Shown: positions 19,130 through 29,050, numbered from the stretch's first letter. The stretch is DNA of 64,000 nucleotides from an uncultured delta proteobacterium (GCA_963775425.1 CAVZJB010000009.1:172485-236484); one strand, 5' to 3'. Made by a program: numbers and translations. Notes: a model not told the origin generated them from the sequence alone.

Positions 19130-19899
19130 GCGCCGTCCTCGTCCTCGCCACGCAGAACGCGAAGAAGCGGCGCGAGCTCGAGGACCTCGTCGCGGGCGGG
19201 CCGTGGCTCGTGCGCACGCTCGACGACGTCGGCCTCGGCGGCCTCGCGATCGAAGAGACCGGCGCCACCTTCGCCGAAAACGCCCGCATCAAGGCCGACG
19301 CCGTGCTCGCGGCGCTGCCCGAGGGCGAGCGCCGCGAGACCTTCGCCGTCGTCGCCGACGACTCGGGCATCATCGTCGACGCGCTGTCTCCCCCCGCGCG
19401 GCGCGACGCCCCCGAGCTCCCCGGCGCGCCCGCCGGCAGCCGCCACGACGGCCCGGACGCAAAGCCCGGCGTGCGCTCGGCCCGCTTCGCTGCCGACCAC
19501 GGCGTCGAGATGCTCGGGCCCACCGTCGATGACGCCAACAACGCGCTGCTGCTCTTGTTGCTCGAGGCCGTTCCGGACGAGATGCGCGGGGCGCGCTTCG
19601 CCTCCGCCGTGTGCGCCGTCGTCGTCCAGACCGGCGAGCACCTCGAGGCCTTCGGCACCGTCGAGGGCCGCATCGCCCGTGACCTCGAAGGCGACGGCGG
19701 CTTCGGCTACGACCCGCTGTTTCTCCCCGACGAGGCCCCGGGCCGCCGCATGGCCGAGCTCACGCCCGACGGCAAGCACGCCATCTCCCACCGCGGCCGC
19801 GCCATGCGCGCGCTCCTGGCGCAGCTCACGGGCCGCGCGGAGGCCTCCCGCGGGCCCGCCGCGGAGGCGTTCGTCTTCAAGCGCGCGCGGCCCCGCTGA
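19126..19899 (+). CDS. rdgB: Non-canonical purine NTP pyrophosphatase (RdgB/HAM1 family)
   Basis: GTG at 19126 overlaps the rph stop (GTGA). LVLATQNAKKRRE...FGYDPLF...HAISHRGRA motifs. Carries an insertion of about 40 aa relative to typical roughly 200 aa RdgB. Confidence 0.85.
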   Translation: MSAVLVLATQNAKKRRELEDLVAGGPWLVRTLDDVGLGGLAIEETGATFAENARIKADAVLAALPEGERRETFAVVADDSGIIVDALSPPARRDAPELPGAPAGSRHDGPDAKPGVRSARFAADHGVEMLGPTVDDANNALLLLLLEAVPDEMRGARFASAVCAVVVQTGEHLEAFGTVEGRIARDLEGDGGFGYDPLFLPDEAPGRRMAELTPDGKHAISHRGRAMRALLAQLTGRAEASRGPAAEAFVFKRARPR

Positions 19900-19937
19900 C
19901 GCGGCGGCCGGACGGCTGCAAAAGCGCGGCGGCGCGG

Positions 19938-20657
19938 CTACGAGCGGCCGCGGGAGACGGCTTTGGGGTCCAGGCCCTCGCGGACGAGGAGGCCCTTGCC
20001 GCGCTGCTCGATGAAGCCGCGACGCTGGAACTCCGAGAGGGCGCGCGACACCGTCTCGCGCGAGGTGCCGATGCGCGAGGCGATGTGCTGCTGCGTGGGC
20101 ATCTTCTTGATGAGGTGCCCCTCGGGGACGGGGTCGCCCTCTTCTTCACAGCGCTCGAGGAGGAACCGGGCCACGCGACCGTAGACGTCGAGGAGCGCGA
20201 GGTTGCCGATGCTCTCGTCGGCGCGCCGCAGGCGGACGCAGACCTCGGTCATGACGTTGATGGCGATGGTGGGATAGCCGCGCAGCGCCTGGAGGAACTC
20301 GCGGCGCCCGAGGCGCAGCACCAGGGCGTCGGTGAGGCAGGCGACGTTGGCGGAGCGGGGCTCGCCGTCGACCAGCGACATCTCGCCGAAGAAGCTGCCC
20401 GGCCCGAGCGTGGACAGGATGATCTCGCGCCCGTTGTCGCTCCACAACGAGACCTTCACCTCGCCCTCGGCCACGATGTAGAGCGCGTCGCCCGGGTCCG
20501 TGGCGGACACGATCACCGTGTCTTTGGGGTAGTGCTTCTCGGTGATGATCAGCGACAGACGCGCGAGATCGTCGTGGTCGAGCCCCGCGAAGAGCGGGAC
20601 GTCCTTGAGGAGGTCCACGATCTGGCGCGCCCTCGTGTTGGTCGACGTCGATGTCAT
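19938..20657 (-). CDS. Crp/Fnr family transcriptional regulator
   Basis: ATG at 20657 (MTSTSTNTRARQ). cNMP-binding domain (FFGEMSLVDGEPRSANVACL) plus C-terminal HTH (QQHIASRIGTSRETVSRAL). Track ORF 19938..20831 is over-extended. Confidence 0.85.
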   Translation of the reverse strand: MTSTSTNTRARQIVDLLKDVPLFAGLDHDDLARLSLIITEKHYPKDTVIVSATDPGDALYIVAEGEVKVSLWSDNGREIILSTLGPGSFFGEMSLVDGEPRSANVACLTDALVLRLGRREFLQALRGYPTIAINVMTEVCVRLRRADESIGNLALLDVYGRVARFLLERCEEEGDPVPEGHLIKKMPTQQHIASRIGTSRETVSRALSEFQRRGFIEQRGKGLLVREGLDPKAVSRGRS

Positions 20658-20700
20658 GGAACCCTCCGTGCGCGACGCTAACCGTGCGCCGACGGCGCGG

Positions 20701-21039
20701 TCAAGAAGCAGGGCCGTTCCTGGCAAGGGCCTCCCGGACCAGCTCCTCGAGCGCGGCGCGCGCCTCGTCGTCGAACCCCACCAGCTCGATGCCGTACCCG
20801 CCGTCGGCGTTGCGCACCACGCGGCCCTCACCCTGCAAAAAGTGGCGTCCGTCCCTCGTCGTGAGCTGGACGAAGACCCGGGTCCCCACGGGCTTCGCCT
20901 CGGTGGTCGAGATGAACATCCCCGAAACCGACACGTTCAGCGCGTACTCGGTGCGCAGCTCCTCGAGGGCCCCGAAACGGTACTGCACGAGGAGGGGCAC
21001 GTCGACGCGCGGGTGCCGCCGGCGGTTTTGCTCGGTCAC
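20701..21039 (-). CDS. PilZ domain protein
   Basis: GTG at 21039 overlaps the EVE stop (GTGA). RRHPRVDV ... DxSxxGxF-type PilZ motifs. 112 aa. Confidence 0.7.
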   Translation of the reverse strand: MTEQNRRRHPRVDVPLLVQYRFGALEELRTEYALNVSVSGMFISTTEAKPVGTRVFVQLTTRDGRHFLQGEGRVVRNADGGYGIELVGFDDEARAALEELVREALARNGPAS

Positions 21040-21452
21040 CGGGCAAGCTCGAGGATGGCGGCCGCCTCCTCCGGCGTCACCGGGCACACCGAGAGCCGGG
21101 ACTGCTTGACCAGGGCCATGCCCTTCAGGAGCTCGTGCGCCTTGAGCGCGTCGAGGCCGACGGGCCTTTTCAGGGCCCGCTTGGGCACGAGGTCCACGAC
21201 GACCCAGGGCTGCTTCGGGTCGTCGTCGTTGGGGTCCGGGTAGGCCGCCTTCTTCACCTCCGCGATGCCCACGATCTCCCGCGGACCTACCGAGTGGTAG
21301 ATGAAGCAGCCGTCGCCGACCTTCATCGCGCGCAGGTTGTTGCGGGCGGTGTAGTTGCGGACGCCGTCCCAGGCGGTCCCGCCGTCCTTCACGAGGTCGT
21401 CCCAGGAGTACGTCCCCGGCTCGGTCTTCAAGATGAAGCGCGGCGCCGCCAC
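21036..21452 (-). CDS. EVE (PUA-like) domain protein
   Basis: MAAPRFILKTEPGTYSWDDLVKDGGTAWDGVRNYTARNNLRAMKVGDGCFIYHS is a typical EVE domain. 138 aa. Confidence 0.8.
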   Translation of the reverse strand: MAAPRFILKTEPGTYSWDDLVKDGGTAWDGVRNYTARNNLRAMKVGDGCFIYHSVGPREIVGIAEVKKAAYPDPNDDDPKQPWVVVDLVPKRALKRPVGLDALKAHELLKGMALVKQSRLSVCPVTPEEAAAILELAR

Positions 21453-21890
21453 TCAGGGCCTCCCCACCGGCGGCCCGTCGACGAGGAGCGCGCTCCGGGC
21501 CGCGACCACGCGAGCGCGCAGATCGCCGCCGTCCTCGAGGATCTCGACCTCGGTGCCGAAGGCGTCCTCGAGGTACGGCAGGCGCGTGGCGAGCTTGCCC
21601 CAGACCTTCGCGGGGGCCTTGTCGGCGAAGGCGCGCTTGAGGGCGGCGTAGGCGGCGCGATCGACCTCGACGAAGACGCCGTACACCGATCCCTTCGGGT
21701 GCCCGAGCGGCACGGTGAGGACGGCGCGGACGAAGCCGCGGGTGGCGCCGGGCTCGTGGAGCACCACCGTGTCGCTGCCGGCCCGCACGCGGCGCGCGCG
21801 CTCGTCGTCGGAGAGCGACAACACGGCCTCCGGCCAGCGCGCCGACAGCGCCGTCCGCTCACGCTCCTGCACCACGGGCAAGCGTTTCAT
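21453..21890 (-). CDS. Hypothetical protein
   Basis: ATG at 21890. Stop overlaps the EVE start (ATGA). No recognisable family. Confidence 0.5.
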   Translation of the reverse strand: MKRLPVVQERERTALSARWPEAVLSLSDDERARRVRAGSDTVVLHEPGATRGFVRAVLTVPLGHPKGSVYGVFVEVDRAAYAALKRAFADKAPAKVWGKLATRLPYLEDAFGTEVEILEDGGDLRARVVAARSALLVDGPPVGRP

Positions 21891-21937
21891 GCCGGGGACC
21901 CTACGGAGTTGCCACGCGAGGCGTTAGCCTCGTGTCG

Positions 21938-22729
21938 ATGAAGTTTACGCCGAAGCTGCCCCACACGGTGCCCGAGTCGTTGAAGATCGTGAAGCCGGAC
22001 CCGGGGCCGCTCGTCAAGGCGCGGACGCACGAGAAGAAGGCCGAGGTCCTGCGCAAGGACGAGGAGCAAAAGCCGCACCTCGAGTACCTGGAGCGCTGGA
22101 AAGCCCTGGAATTCACGGTGACGCCCATCGAGGGCCGCGCCCGGCACGAGTGGCGCAACAAGCTCGGGGCCGAGCCGCGCGAGCACCAGATCATCGGACA
22201 CCTGATCGCGAGCCTGCCCCGCCCGCGCATGGACGCGCTGTTCCGCCACGAGAACATCGGGAAGCTGAACGTGGCCTTCGGACATCGGGACCTCAGAAAG
22301 ATCGTCGATGACAACGAGCTCCTCCAGGATCTCGGCATCGATTGGCCGACCTTCCTCGACGCGAAGCGCGACTTCAAGTTTCAGCTCGGGATCCAGACCT
22401 ACAAGAGCGCGCAGGCGCTGGCGGTTTACTTGACCGTCGTGCGCGCCGCCTGTGATCCCAAGGTGCGAAAGACGAAGAACTTCGTCACCGACGTCGAGGT
22501 GCTGAAGCTCGCCGGCGACCTGCTGCGCGACGTCACCACGCACATCATCGAGGAGATGCAGGCGGCACACGACTCGTTCTTCGCCGTCGGCGACCGAAAG
22601 CAGGTCGGCGAGGCCTTCCGCGTCGACCGCGCCAGGAAGAGCGGCCGGCCCGTCCCCGCTGCCGACGCCCAAAAGGGCCGCCCGGCGCCCAAGGGCGACC
22701 TCCGCCCCAAAGGCGGCGTCAAGGCGTGA
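21938..22729 (+). CDS. Hypothetical protein
   Basis: ATG at 21938 (GTG at 21932 also in frame). Basic C-terminal tail. No recognisable family. Confidence 0.5.
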   Translation: MKFTPKLPHTVPESLKIVKPDPGPLVKARTHEKKAEVLRKDEEQKPHLEYLERWKALEFTVTPIEGRARHEWRNKLGAEPREHQIIGHLIASLPRPRMDALFRHENIGKLNVAFGHRDLRKIVDDNELLQDLGIDWPTFLDAKRDFKFQLGIQTYKSAQALAVYLTVVRAACDPKVRKTKNFVTDVEVLKLAGDLLRDVTTHIIEEMQAAHDSFFAVGDRKQVGEAFRVDRARKSGRPVPAADAQKGRPAPKGDLRPKGGVKA

Positions 22730-22787
22730 CCGCGGCGGCGGGCAAGCCGCGCCACACGTACGAGCTCCGGCCTGACGCGCGCGCCAC

Positions 22788-22828
22788 GAAAAAAGCGAAG
22801 CGCGCCCCCGAAAGGAGGCGCGCTTCGC
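22788..22828 (-). terminator. Rho-independent terminator for the minus-strand cytochrome c peroxidase gene
   Basis: 12 bp perfect stem gcgaagcgcgcc / ggcgcgcttcgc with an A6 run on the plus strand (T6 on minus) immediately 3-prime of the stop at 22850. Confidence 0.55.
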
Positions 22829-22849
22829 GTTCGGCTCGACGTCAGAGCG

Positions 22850-24859
22850 TCAGAGCGTCTTCAGGTAGGCCACGAGGTCGCTGGCCTCGTCGTCGGTGAG
22901 CTGGCTGCCATGGCCCATCTTGTCGGTGCGCACGACGTTGTTCACGAGGTCGCGCAGGGTGGGCTCCGAGCCGTCGTGGAGGTACGGCGCCGAGCGGTTG
23001 AGGCCGTGGAGCACCGGGGTCTGGAACAGGCGGATGTCGCTCGCCGAGGCCTGCGTGCCGACGTCGTGGCTGAGGTTGTCGGTGAAGTGACCGCCGCCGT
23101 GGCAGCTCGCGCACTGGGTCGCGTCGCTGTAGAAGAGCTGCTCGCCGCGCTGCTCCTGCTCGGTGAGGTCACGCTGGCTGGTGGCCGACGGCGCCGGACG
23201 AAGCTGGTCGATGTACGCGGCGATGTACTGGAAGCTGCCCGCGTCGAGGCCGGTGCCGCCCATGAAGGGGAGCACGGTCATGTCGTTGAGCGCCGGCACC
23301 GTGGGCACGTCGCCCGGCCAGTGGAAGGGCGCGGTGTCGAGGATGCCGCCGCCGAGCTGCGGGGTGTTGCGGGGGCCGAACACGAACTGCCAGGTGCGGC
23401 CGTCGTTGCGGCCGTCGGGGTGGCAGGTGGCGCAGCTCACCGCGGCGTTGGCCGAGATGCGCGAGTCGGTGGCGTCGTGGAAGAGCTTGCGGCCGATGGA
23501 GGCCTCGGGCGACAGCGCGTCCTCGATGCCGAGGTCGATGGTCTTGGCCGCGAGCTCCGGCACGAGCCCGAGCTCGGGCGCCGCCACGGGCTGGCCGTTT
23601 TGGTCGGGGACGAACTTGGACGCGGTGTCCACCTCGTCATCGACCTTGGGCAGCGCGATGACCGACACGGTGCGATCGAACTGGTTCCACACGTAGGCGG
23701 TGGTGCCGTCGTCGGAGACGGTCACGGACTGCGCGCCGTTGCCGAGGCTCACGGTGGCGATGACGTCCTTGGCCACGCCGTGCAGGTCACGGCGGAGGAG
23801 CAGCGCGTTCTTGGAGCCGAGGTTCACGACCATCATGCCGCGGCCGCCGTCGAAGAGCGCGAGCGCGGTGGGGTTTTGCACGTGGGTGCCGGCGAGGCGG
23901 CTCTCGTGCGGGTTGAGCACGTTCGGCGGGTTGGGCGTGACGCCGAAGAAGCCGCCGCCGCCGCAGTCGAAGCAGTCGTCGACGGGCGCGCCCTCGAAGG
24001 CGCCGTTGGTGGCTTGCTGCTGCTGCTGCGAGGTGGGGATGACCACGGTGTCGTCGGTGGGGTTCACCTCGGTGATGCTCGGCGTCACCGCGGGGAGCTC
24101 CTGCTGGCAGCCGCTGTAGCCGCAGTTGGCGCCCTGGTCCGGCGCTCCGGGATCGTCGATGGGGGCGCGGACGGTGTCCACGTTGGCCTGCGTGTTCACC
24201 GACAGCACCGTGGCGGTGTTGTCGTCGACGGTGAGGGTGCGCAGGTGCTCGGCCACGATGCGCGGGCCGAAGTCGTTGCGGGTGGTGACGTCGACGCGGG
24301 TGGCCACGCCGGTGTCGAGGCGCACGTGCGAGAACGAGCCGGTGGCCATGTGCGAGACGTACAGCGAGCCGTCGGGGAGCAGGGCCACGCCGCGCGGGTC
24401 GCGGTCGCCGAGCTGGACCTTCTGGCGGACGCTGCCGTCCTTCACGTCGACGACGGCGAGGGCCGCCTCGCCGGCGAGCGCCACGGCGATGTCGCCGTTT
24501 TGGAGCTCGACCATGCCGAACGGCTCGATGCCGACGTCGATGCTCTGGACCACGGCGCCGCGGTTCACGTCGACGATGACGACGCTGTTGCCGTAGCGGG
24601 TGCTGACGGCGGCGTTGCCGTTTCTGAGCTGGATGACGTGGGCGGGGGAGTCCCCGACGTCGACGCGGTGCTCGAGCTTCATCGTCGCGCGGTTGACGAT
24701 GAGGAGCTGGCCGTGGTCCTCGGCCGCGATGAGCAGCTTGTCGTGGGTGGCGGCGATGGCGCTCGACACGGGGCCGTGCCCGGGGTCGATGGTGCGCGCG
24801 GGCGGCTCGCAGGCGAGCGCTGCGGCGACCAGGCAAACAAGAGCGAGTACTTTCTTCAT
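22850..24859 (-). CDS. Lipoprotein: N-terminal beta-propeller fused to di-haem cytochrome c peroxidase (CCP/MauG family)
   Basis: ATG at 24859 (MKKVLALVCLVAAALAC lipobox). YVTN-like propeller repeats. Two CxxCH haem sites (CATCH, CASCH) in the C-terminal CCP domain. Confidence 0.8.
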   Translation of the reverse strand: MKKVLALVCLVAAALACEPPARTIDPGHGPVSSAIAATHDKLLIAAEDHGQLLIVNRATMKLEHRVDVGDSPAHVIQLRNGNAAVSTRYGNSVVIVDVNRGAVVQSIDVGIEPFGMVELQNGDIAVALAGEAALAVVDVKDGSVRQKVQLGDRDPRGVALLPDGSLYVSHMATGSFSHVRLDTGVATRVDVTTRNDFGPRIVAEHLRTLTVDDNTATVLSVNTQANVDTVRAPIDDPGAPDQGANCGYSGCQQELPAVTPSITEVNPTDDTVVIPTSQQQQQATNGAFEGAPVDDCFDCGGGGFFGVTPNPPNVLNPHESRLAGTHVQNPTALALFDGGRGMMVVNLGSKNALLLRRDLHGVAKDVIATVSLGNGAQSVTVSDDGTTAYVWNQFDRTVSVIALPKVDDEVDTASKFVPDQNGQPVAAPELGLVPELAAKTIDLGIEDALSPEASIGRKLFHDATDSRISANAAVSCATCHPDGRNDGRTWQFVFGPRNTPQLGGGILDTAPFHWPGDVPTVPALNDMTVLPFMGGTGLDAGSFQYIAAYIDQLRPAPSATSQRDLTEQEQRGEQLFYSDATQCASCHGGGHFTDNLSHDVGTQASASDIRLFQTPVLHGLNRSAPYLHDGSEPTLRDLVNNVVRTDKMGHGSQLTDDEASDLVAYLKTL

Positions 24860-25010
24860 CTGGGCTCCCCTGGGGCTCCTGTGTGGAGCGATCGAAACCG
24901 CCGGCCAGGCTGCGCGATCCATGCCAGCCTAGCAGACCCTCCCGCGCCCTATGGCACGGCATCCAGCTGCGGTCGGTGACGGCGGCACACCGGAGCGCTT
25001 GGCGGCGGCC

Positions 25011-26393
25011 TCAGTTTTTCGTGTGGGATCTGCGGGTGTCAGGCAGCGGGGCGCGGCCTGACGGCGCCGGCAGGGCCCGCGCCTCGGGCCCCGCGATCAG
25101 CCGGGCGCCGCGGTTGCGGGTCACGTACGAGTAGGCCCATTGCACCGCGACCAGCACGCGGTTTTCGAAGTCCACGAGGTACAGGATGTGGACGAAGAGC
25201 CAGGCGAGCCACGCCAGCACCCCCGTCAGGCGGAGGTCGAGGCCGAACCCCACGCGAGCGACCGCCCGGTTTCTGCCGATCACCGCCATCGTGCCCTTGT
25301 CGAAGAAGCGGAAGGCGCCCGGGTCTCGCCCCGCGAGCCGCGCGCGGATGGCGCGGGCGACCCAGGCGCCCATCTGCATCGCCACCGGCGCCACCCCCGG
25401 CAGCGGCGCGGGCTTGTCCGCCGTCTCCGCCGCCCCCGGCGGCGACGCGGGGTGGGCGAAGTGGGCGAGGTCGCCGGCGACGAAGATGTCGGGGCGACCG
25501 CTCAGCGTGCAGTCGGGCTCGACGACGACGCGGCCCGCGCGATCGAGGGTGGCGCCGACCCGATCGTGCAGGATGCGGCCGAGAGGCGAGCCGGCGACGC
25601 CCGCGGCCCACAGCACGGTGCGTGCGGCGACGCGCTCGCGGCCCGTCTTGACCTCGACGTCGACGCCGCCGTCGTCGACGCCGACCACGCGCGCCTCGAG
25701 CTCGACGCGGACGCCGAGGCGCTCGAGCGCGCGCAGCGCGTAGCTGGCCTGCCGCTCGCTGTACATCGAGAGGATGCGGTCCAAGCCCTCGACGAGGATG
25801 ATGCGCGCCGACGCTGGATCGATGCGGCGAAACTCTCCGCGCAGGGTCTGTCGCGCGAGCTCGCCCAGGGCGCCGGCAAGCTCGACGCCGGTGGGCCCGC
25901 CGCCGACGATGACGAAGGTGAGCCACGCCCGCCGCGCCTGCTCGTCGTCCTCGAGCTCGGCGTTTTCGAACGCGGCGAGCACGCGGCCGCGGATCTCGGT
26001 GGCGTCCTCGACGGTCTTGAGCCCCGGCGCGGGCGCCGCCCACTCGTCGTGGCCGAAGTAGCTGTGGGTGGCGCCGGTGGCGACGACGAGGCTGTCCCAG
26101 GGGACGCGCTCTCCCGAGGACAGGAGCACCGCGCGCGCGTCGGTGTCGAGGTCCTCGACGTCGCCGAGGATCACGCGCGCGTTCTTGACGCGCTTGAGCA
26201 CGGAGCGCAGCGGCGCGGCGATGTCCCCGGGCGACAGGCCGCCGGTGGCGACCTGATACAGGAGGGGCTGGAACAGGTGGAAGTTGCGCCGGTCGATGAC
26301 GGTGACGTCGACGGCGGCCTTTCTCAGCTCCTGGCAGCAGCGCACGCCGGCGAACCCGCCCCCGATGACAACGACCCGGTGCGCCGCGCTCAT
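25011..26393 (-). CDS. ndh: Type II NADH:quinone oxidoreductase (NDH-2)
   Basis: VVVIGGGFAG and second dinucleotide fold IVGGGPTGVELAG. C-terminal amphipathic/membrane segment. Confidence 0.88.
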   Translation of the reverse strand: MSAAHRVVVIGGGFAGVRCCQELRKAAVDVTVIDRRNFHLFQPLLYQVATGGLSPGDIAAPLRSVLKRVKNARVILGDVEDLDTDARAVLLSSGERVPWDSLVVATGATHSYFGHDEWAAPAPGLKTVEDATEIRGRVLAAFENAELEDDEQARRAWLTFVIVGGGPTGVELAGALGELARQTLRGEFRRIDPASARIILVEGLDRILSMYSERQASYALRALERLGVRVELEARVVGVDDGGVDVEVKTGRERVAARTVLWAAGVAGSPLGRILHDRVGATLDRAGRVVVEPDCTLSGRPDIFVAGDLAHFAHPASPPGAAETADKPAPLPGVAPVAMQMGAWVARAIRARLAGRDPGAFRFFDKGTMAVIGRNRAVARVGFGLDLRLTGVLAWLAWLFVHILYLVDFENRVLVAVQWAYSYVTRNRGARLIAGPEARALPAPSGRAPLPDTRRSHTKN

Positions 26394-26435
26394 GTGCGGA
26401 GCGATACCACGGCGCCTTCCCTTGTCACCGGCGGC

Positions 26436-26768
26436 TCACTCGTCGTCGGGCTTTGGGACGAGCGGCTTGGGCTCGGGCGGAGGCGCGTCGTCGAGCAGCT
26501 CGTGAAAGACCGTCTCGCCGGTCACGAGCATGCGCCGCACGTACGGGTTGCACAGCCGGCACGAGATGCCGAACTCGACGTGCTCCTGCAGCTCCTCGAG
26601 CGTGGTCGCCCCCGTGCGCTCGGCCGCGGCCTTCAGCTCGGTGAACGTCTTGTGGAAGCACTCGCAGCGCACGATGCGGACCGTCACCGCCTCGAGCTTA
26701 TCCGCGCGCGCGCCGCGCGCGCGCCGCCGGTGCGCTTTGCCCCGGCTGCGTGAGCCAGGAGGCCGCAT
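26436..26768 (-). CDS. BFD-like [2Fe-2S]-binding domain protein
   Basis: ATG at 26768. VRCECFHKTFTELKAAAE...ISCRLCNPYV Cys pattern typical of bacterioferritin-associated ferredoxin-like domains. 42 bp upstream of ndh on the same strand. Confidence 0.6.
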   Translation of the reverse strand: MRPPGSRSRGKAHRRRARGARADKLEAVTVRIVRCECFHKTFTELKAAAERTGATTLEELQEHVEFGISCRLCNPYVRRMLVTGETVFHELLDDAPPPEPKPLVPKPDDE

Positions 26769-26894
26769 CGCGACGCTCAGGAAACGAACGACCGCGTCCG
26801 AACGCGACGGGCGTGTTGGATCGCTGCTTGCGTCCTCTTGGCGGACCGGCGGCAACGCCGCCGCCGGTGGCCACCGCGGAACGCAGGAGGTCCC

Positions 26895-27998
26895 ATGCTC
26901 CGCATCATCCCCATCGCCATCTTCGCCGCGGGCCTGGCCGCCTGCGGCGCTTCACCGCCGCTACAACCCATCACGCCTTCGACGAGCTGCAACGCCACCG
27001 CGCTGCAGGTCGCGCCCGGCGACGGGGCCGGCCCGCTGCACCGCATGACGCCGATCGCCGCGACCTGGACAGGCACCGCGACCAACGTCTTCTTCGACGT
27101 GCACGCCGGCGCCAAGGCCGTCGCCGGGGAGACCTTCGTCGACGACAACCGCGCCGTCTTCCTGCCCACGGAGCCGCTGCCCGCGTCGAGCACGATCACC
27201 GCCCGCGTCAGCGTCTGCGGCTTCGTCGACACGAGCACGTTCACCACCGGCGCCATCCTGCACCCGCTACAGGAGCTCGACACCTGCGTGGGCCAGCCCT
27301 ACGGCATGGACCTGCGCACGGCGCACTGGGCGGCGCCGAAGCCCGCGAGCGCCATCGCCGAGGTCATGCTCAAGTGGCGCCTCGCGCCGACCCTGCTCGT
27401 GATGCTCGAGGCCGTCGACGGCAACACAGGCACCTTCGCGCTCATCCCCGGGAAGCTCGACAAGGACGGCAACACCGTGCCCGATCCGTCGCGGAGCGCG
27501 CAGTTCCTGACGGCGGACCTCTCCGGCAACCCGTACGTGTCGCTCACGCCGGACAACTTCCCCGTCGCCGTGGGTGACGGCGCCGTCTCCCTGCGCAGCG
27601 TCGATCTCGTGCTCGGCCTCGGCGAAAACGGGCTCGAGGACGGACGCCTGTCCGCCGAGGTCGATGTCCACGGCATGCGCGGCGTCGACAATCCGTGCGC
27701 GGTGCTCCACGACCTCACCGGCCAGGGCTGCTATCCGTGCGACGAGACCGACTCCCTCGGCAGTTGCTTCCTGCTCGAGATGAACGACGTGACGGCGCTC
27801 CCCACCGACGTCGCGCTCGGCGTCATCGGCACGCCGCCGTTCCTCGGCGGAGACCCGCTGGCCCCGCGGCCCGCGAGCACGGCGCCGGCCGTCGACCTGC
27901 CGCAGATCCCCGACCTGCGCATCGGCTGCCCCGACGGCTTCTGCCCGCCGTACCCGGTGGCGGCGCCCCCGCCGTCTCCGTGGCCCCCCGTTGACTGA
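26895..27998 (+). CDS. Hypothetical lipoprotein
   Basis: ATG at 26895. MLRIIPIAIFAAGLAACG lipobox. Cys-rich. No recognisable family. Confidence 0.6.
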   Translation: MLRIIPIAIFAAGLAACGASPPLQPITPSTSCNATALQVAPGDGAGPLHRMTPIAATWTGTATNVFFDVHAGAKAVAGETFVDDNRAVFLPTEPLPASSTITARVSVCGFVDTSTFTTGAILHPLQELDTCVGQPYGMDLRTAHWAAPKPASAIAEVMLKWRLAPTLLVMLEAVDGNTGTFALIPGKLDKDGNTVPDPSRSAQFLTADLSGNPYVSLTPDNFPVAVGDGAVSLRSVDLVLGLGENGLEDGRLSAEVDVHGMRGVDNPCAVLHDLTGQGCYPCDETDSLGSCFLLEMNDVTALPTDVALGVIGTPPFLGGDPLAPRPASTAPAVDLPQIPDLRIGCPDGFCPPYPVAAPPPSPWPPVD

Positions 27999-28004
27999 CG
28001 GCCG

Positions 28005-28472
<468 letters not shown>

Positions 28473-28560
28473 CGACCCGTTCTGTCACGCCCTGGAGAGT
28501 CCCGCCAATTCACGATGCCGTGAGACGGGCGCCGGCACGAGCGCGAGGCTGACGCATCAC

Positions 28561-29050
28561 GTGTTGATCCGAGCCACCCGGAAGGGGCCGGTGCTACGGC
28601 CACACGGCGGAGCGGAGAGGAGCTCCGAGCTCGGCGACGAAGACGCGCGCCGAGTTGAGCGCCGGGGCGCCGAGCTCTCCGCTGCTTTCCGCTCCGGCGG
28701 TGGCGACGTTGTCTAGCCTCCGCTGATTCCGAGCGCCCAAGCACTCGCAACTCACCGAGATTTGCGCGCCAAGATGCGGCTCGAGCGATCCACCTTGCAC
28801 GGTGAAGGGCTGACGACGAACGACGACGCCTGCCGTTTTATCGTCGGCGATCTGCGCCCGAGTCACGACGTCATCGCCAGGTTCCGCGTCGATCACGGCG
28901 CCGCGTTCGACAAGCTCCTCACCCGCCGTTTCCTCACAACCTGCAGCGGTTCTTGCGCGCCGACGTGCCTCGCCACGTACTCCGCGCGGCGAGCCACCGT
29001 GTGGCGGCTTCGCCGAGTGCTGCTACGAGCCTTGTTTTTCGTCAGCCTTC
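28561..29050 (+). mobile_element. MITE-like intergenic repeat, copy C (longest; contains a transposase-fragment insertion)
   Basis: Same 5-prime and 3-prime blocks as copy B, plus an extra internal segment of about 245 bp. The terminal tcag supplies the TGA stop of the minus gene 29049..30260. Confidence 0.75.
28831..28935 (+). pseudogene. Remnant of an IS5/IS1182-type transposase N-terminus (DUF772 / InsH_N-like)
   Basis: Translation CRFIVGDLRPSHDVIARFRVDHGAAFDKLL matches the conserved LRPDHxTIxRFR motif. Only about 35 codons remain. Confidence 0.5.

Noticed and set aside
22841-22858. Short direct repeat gtcagagcgtcagagcgtc at the cytochrome c peroxidase stop
   Set aside because: Only two 8 bp units overlapping the stop codon. 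Too short to call a functional element.
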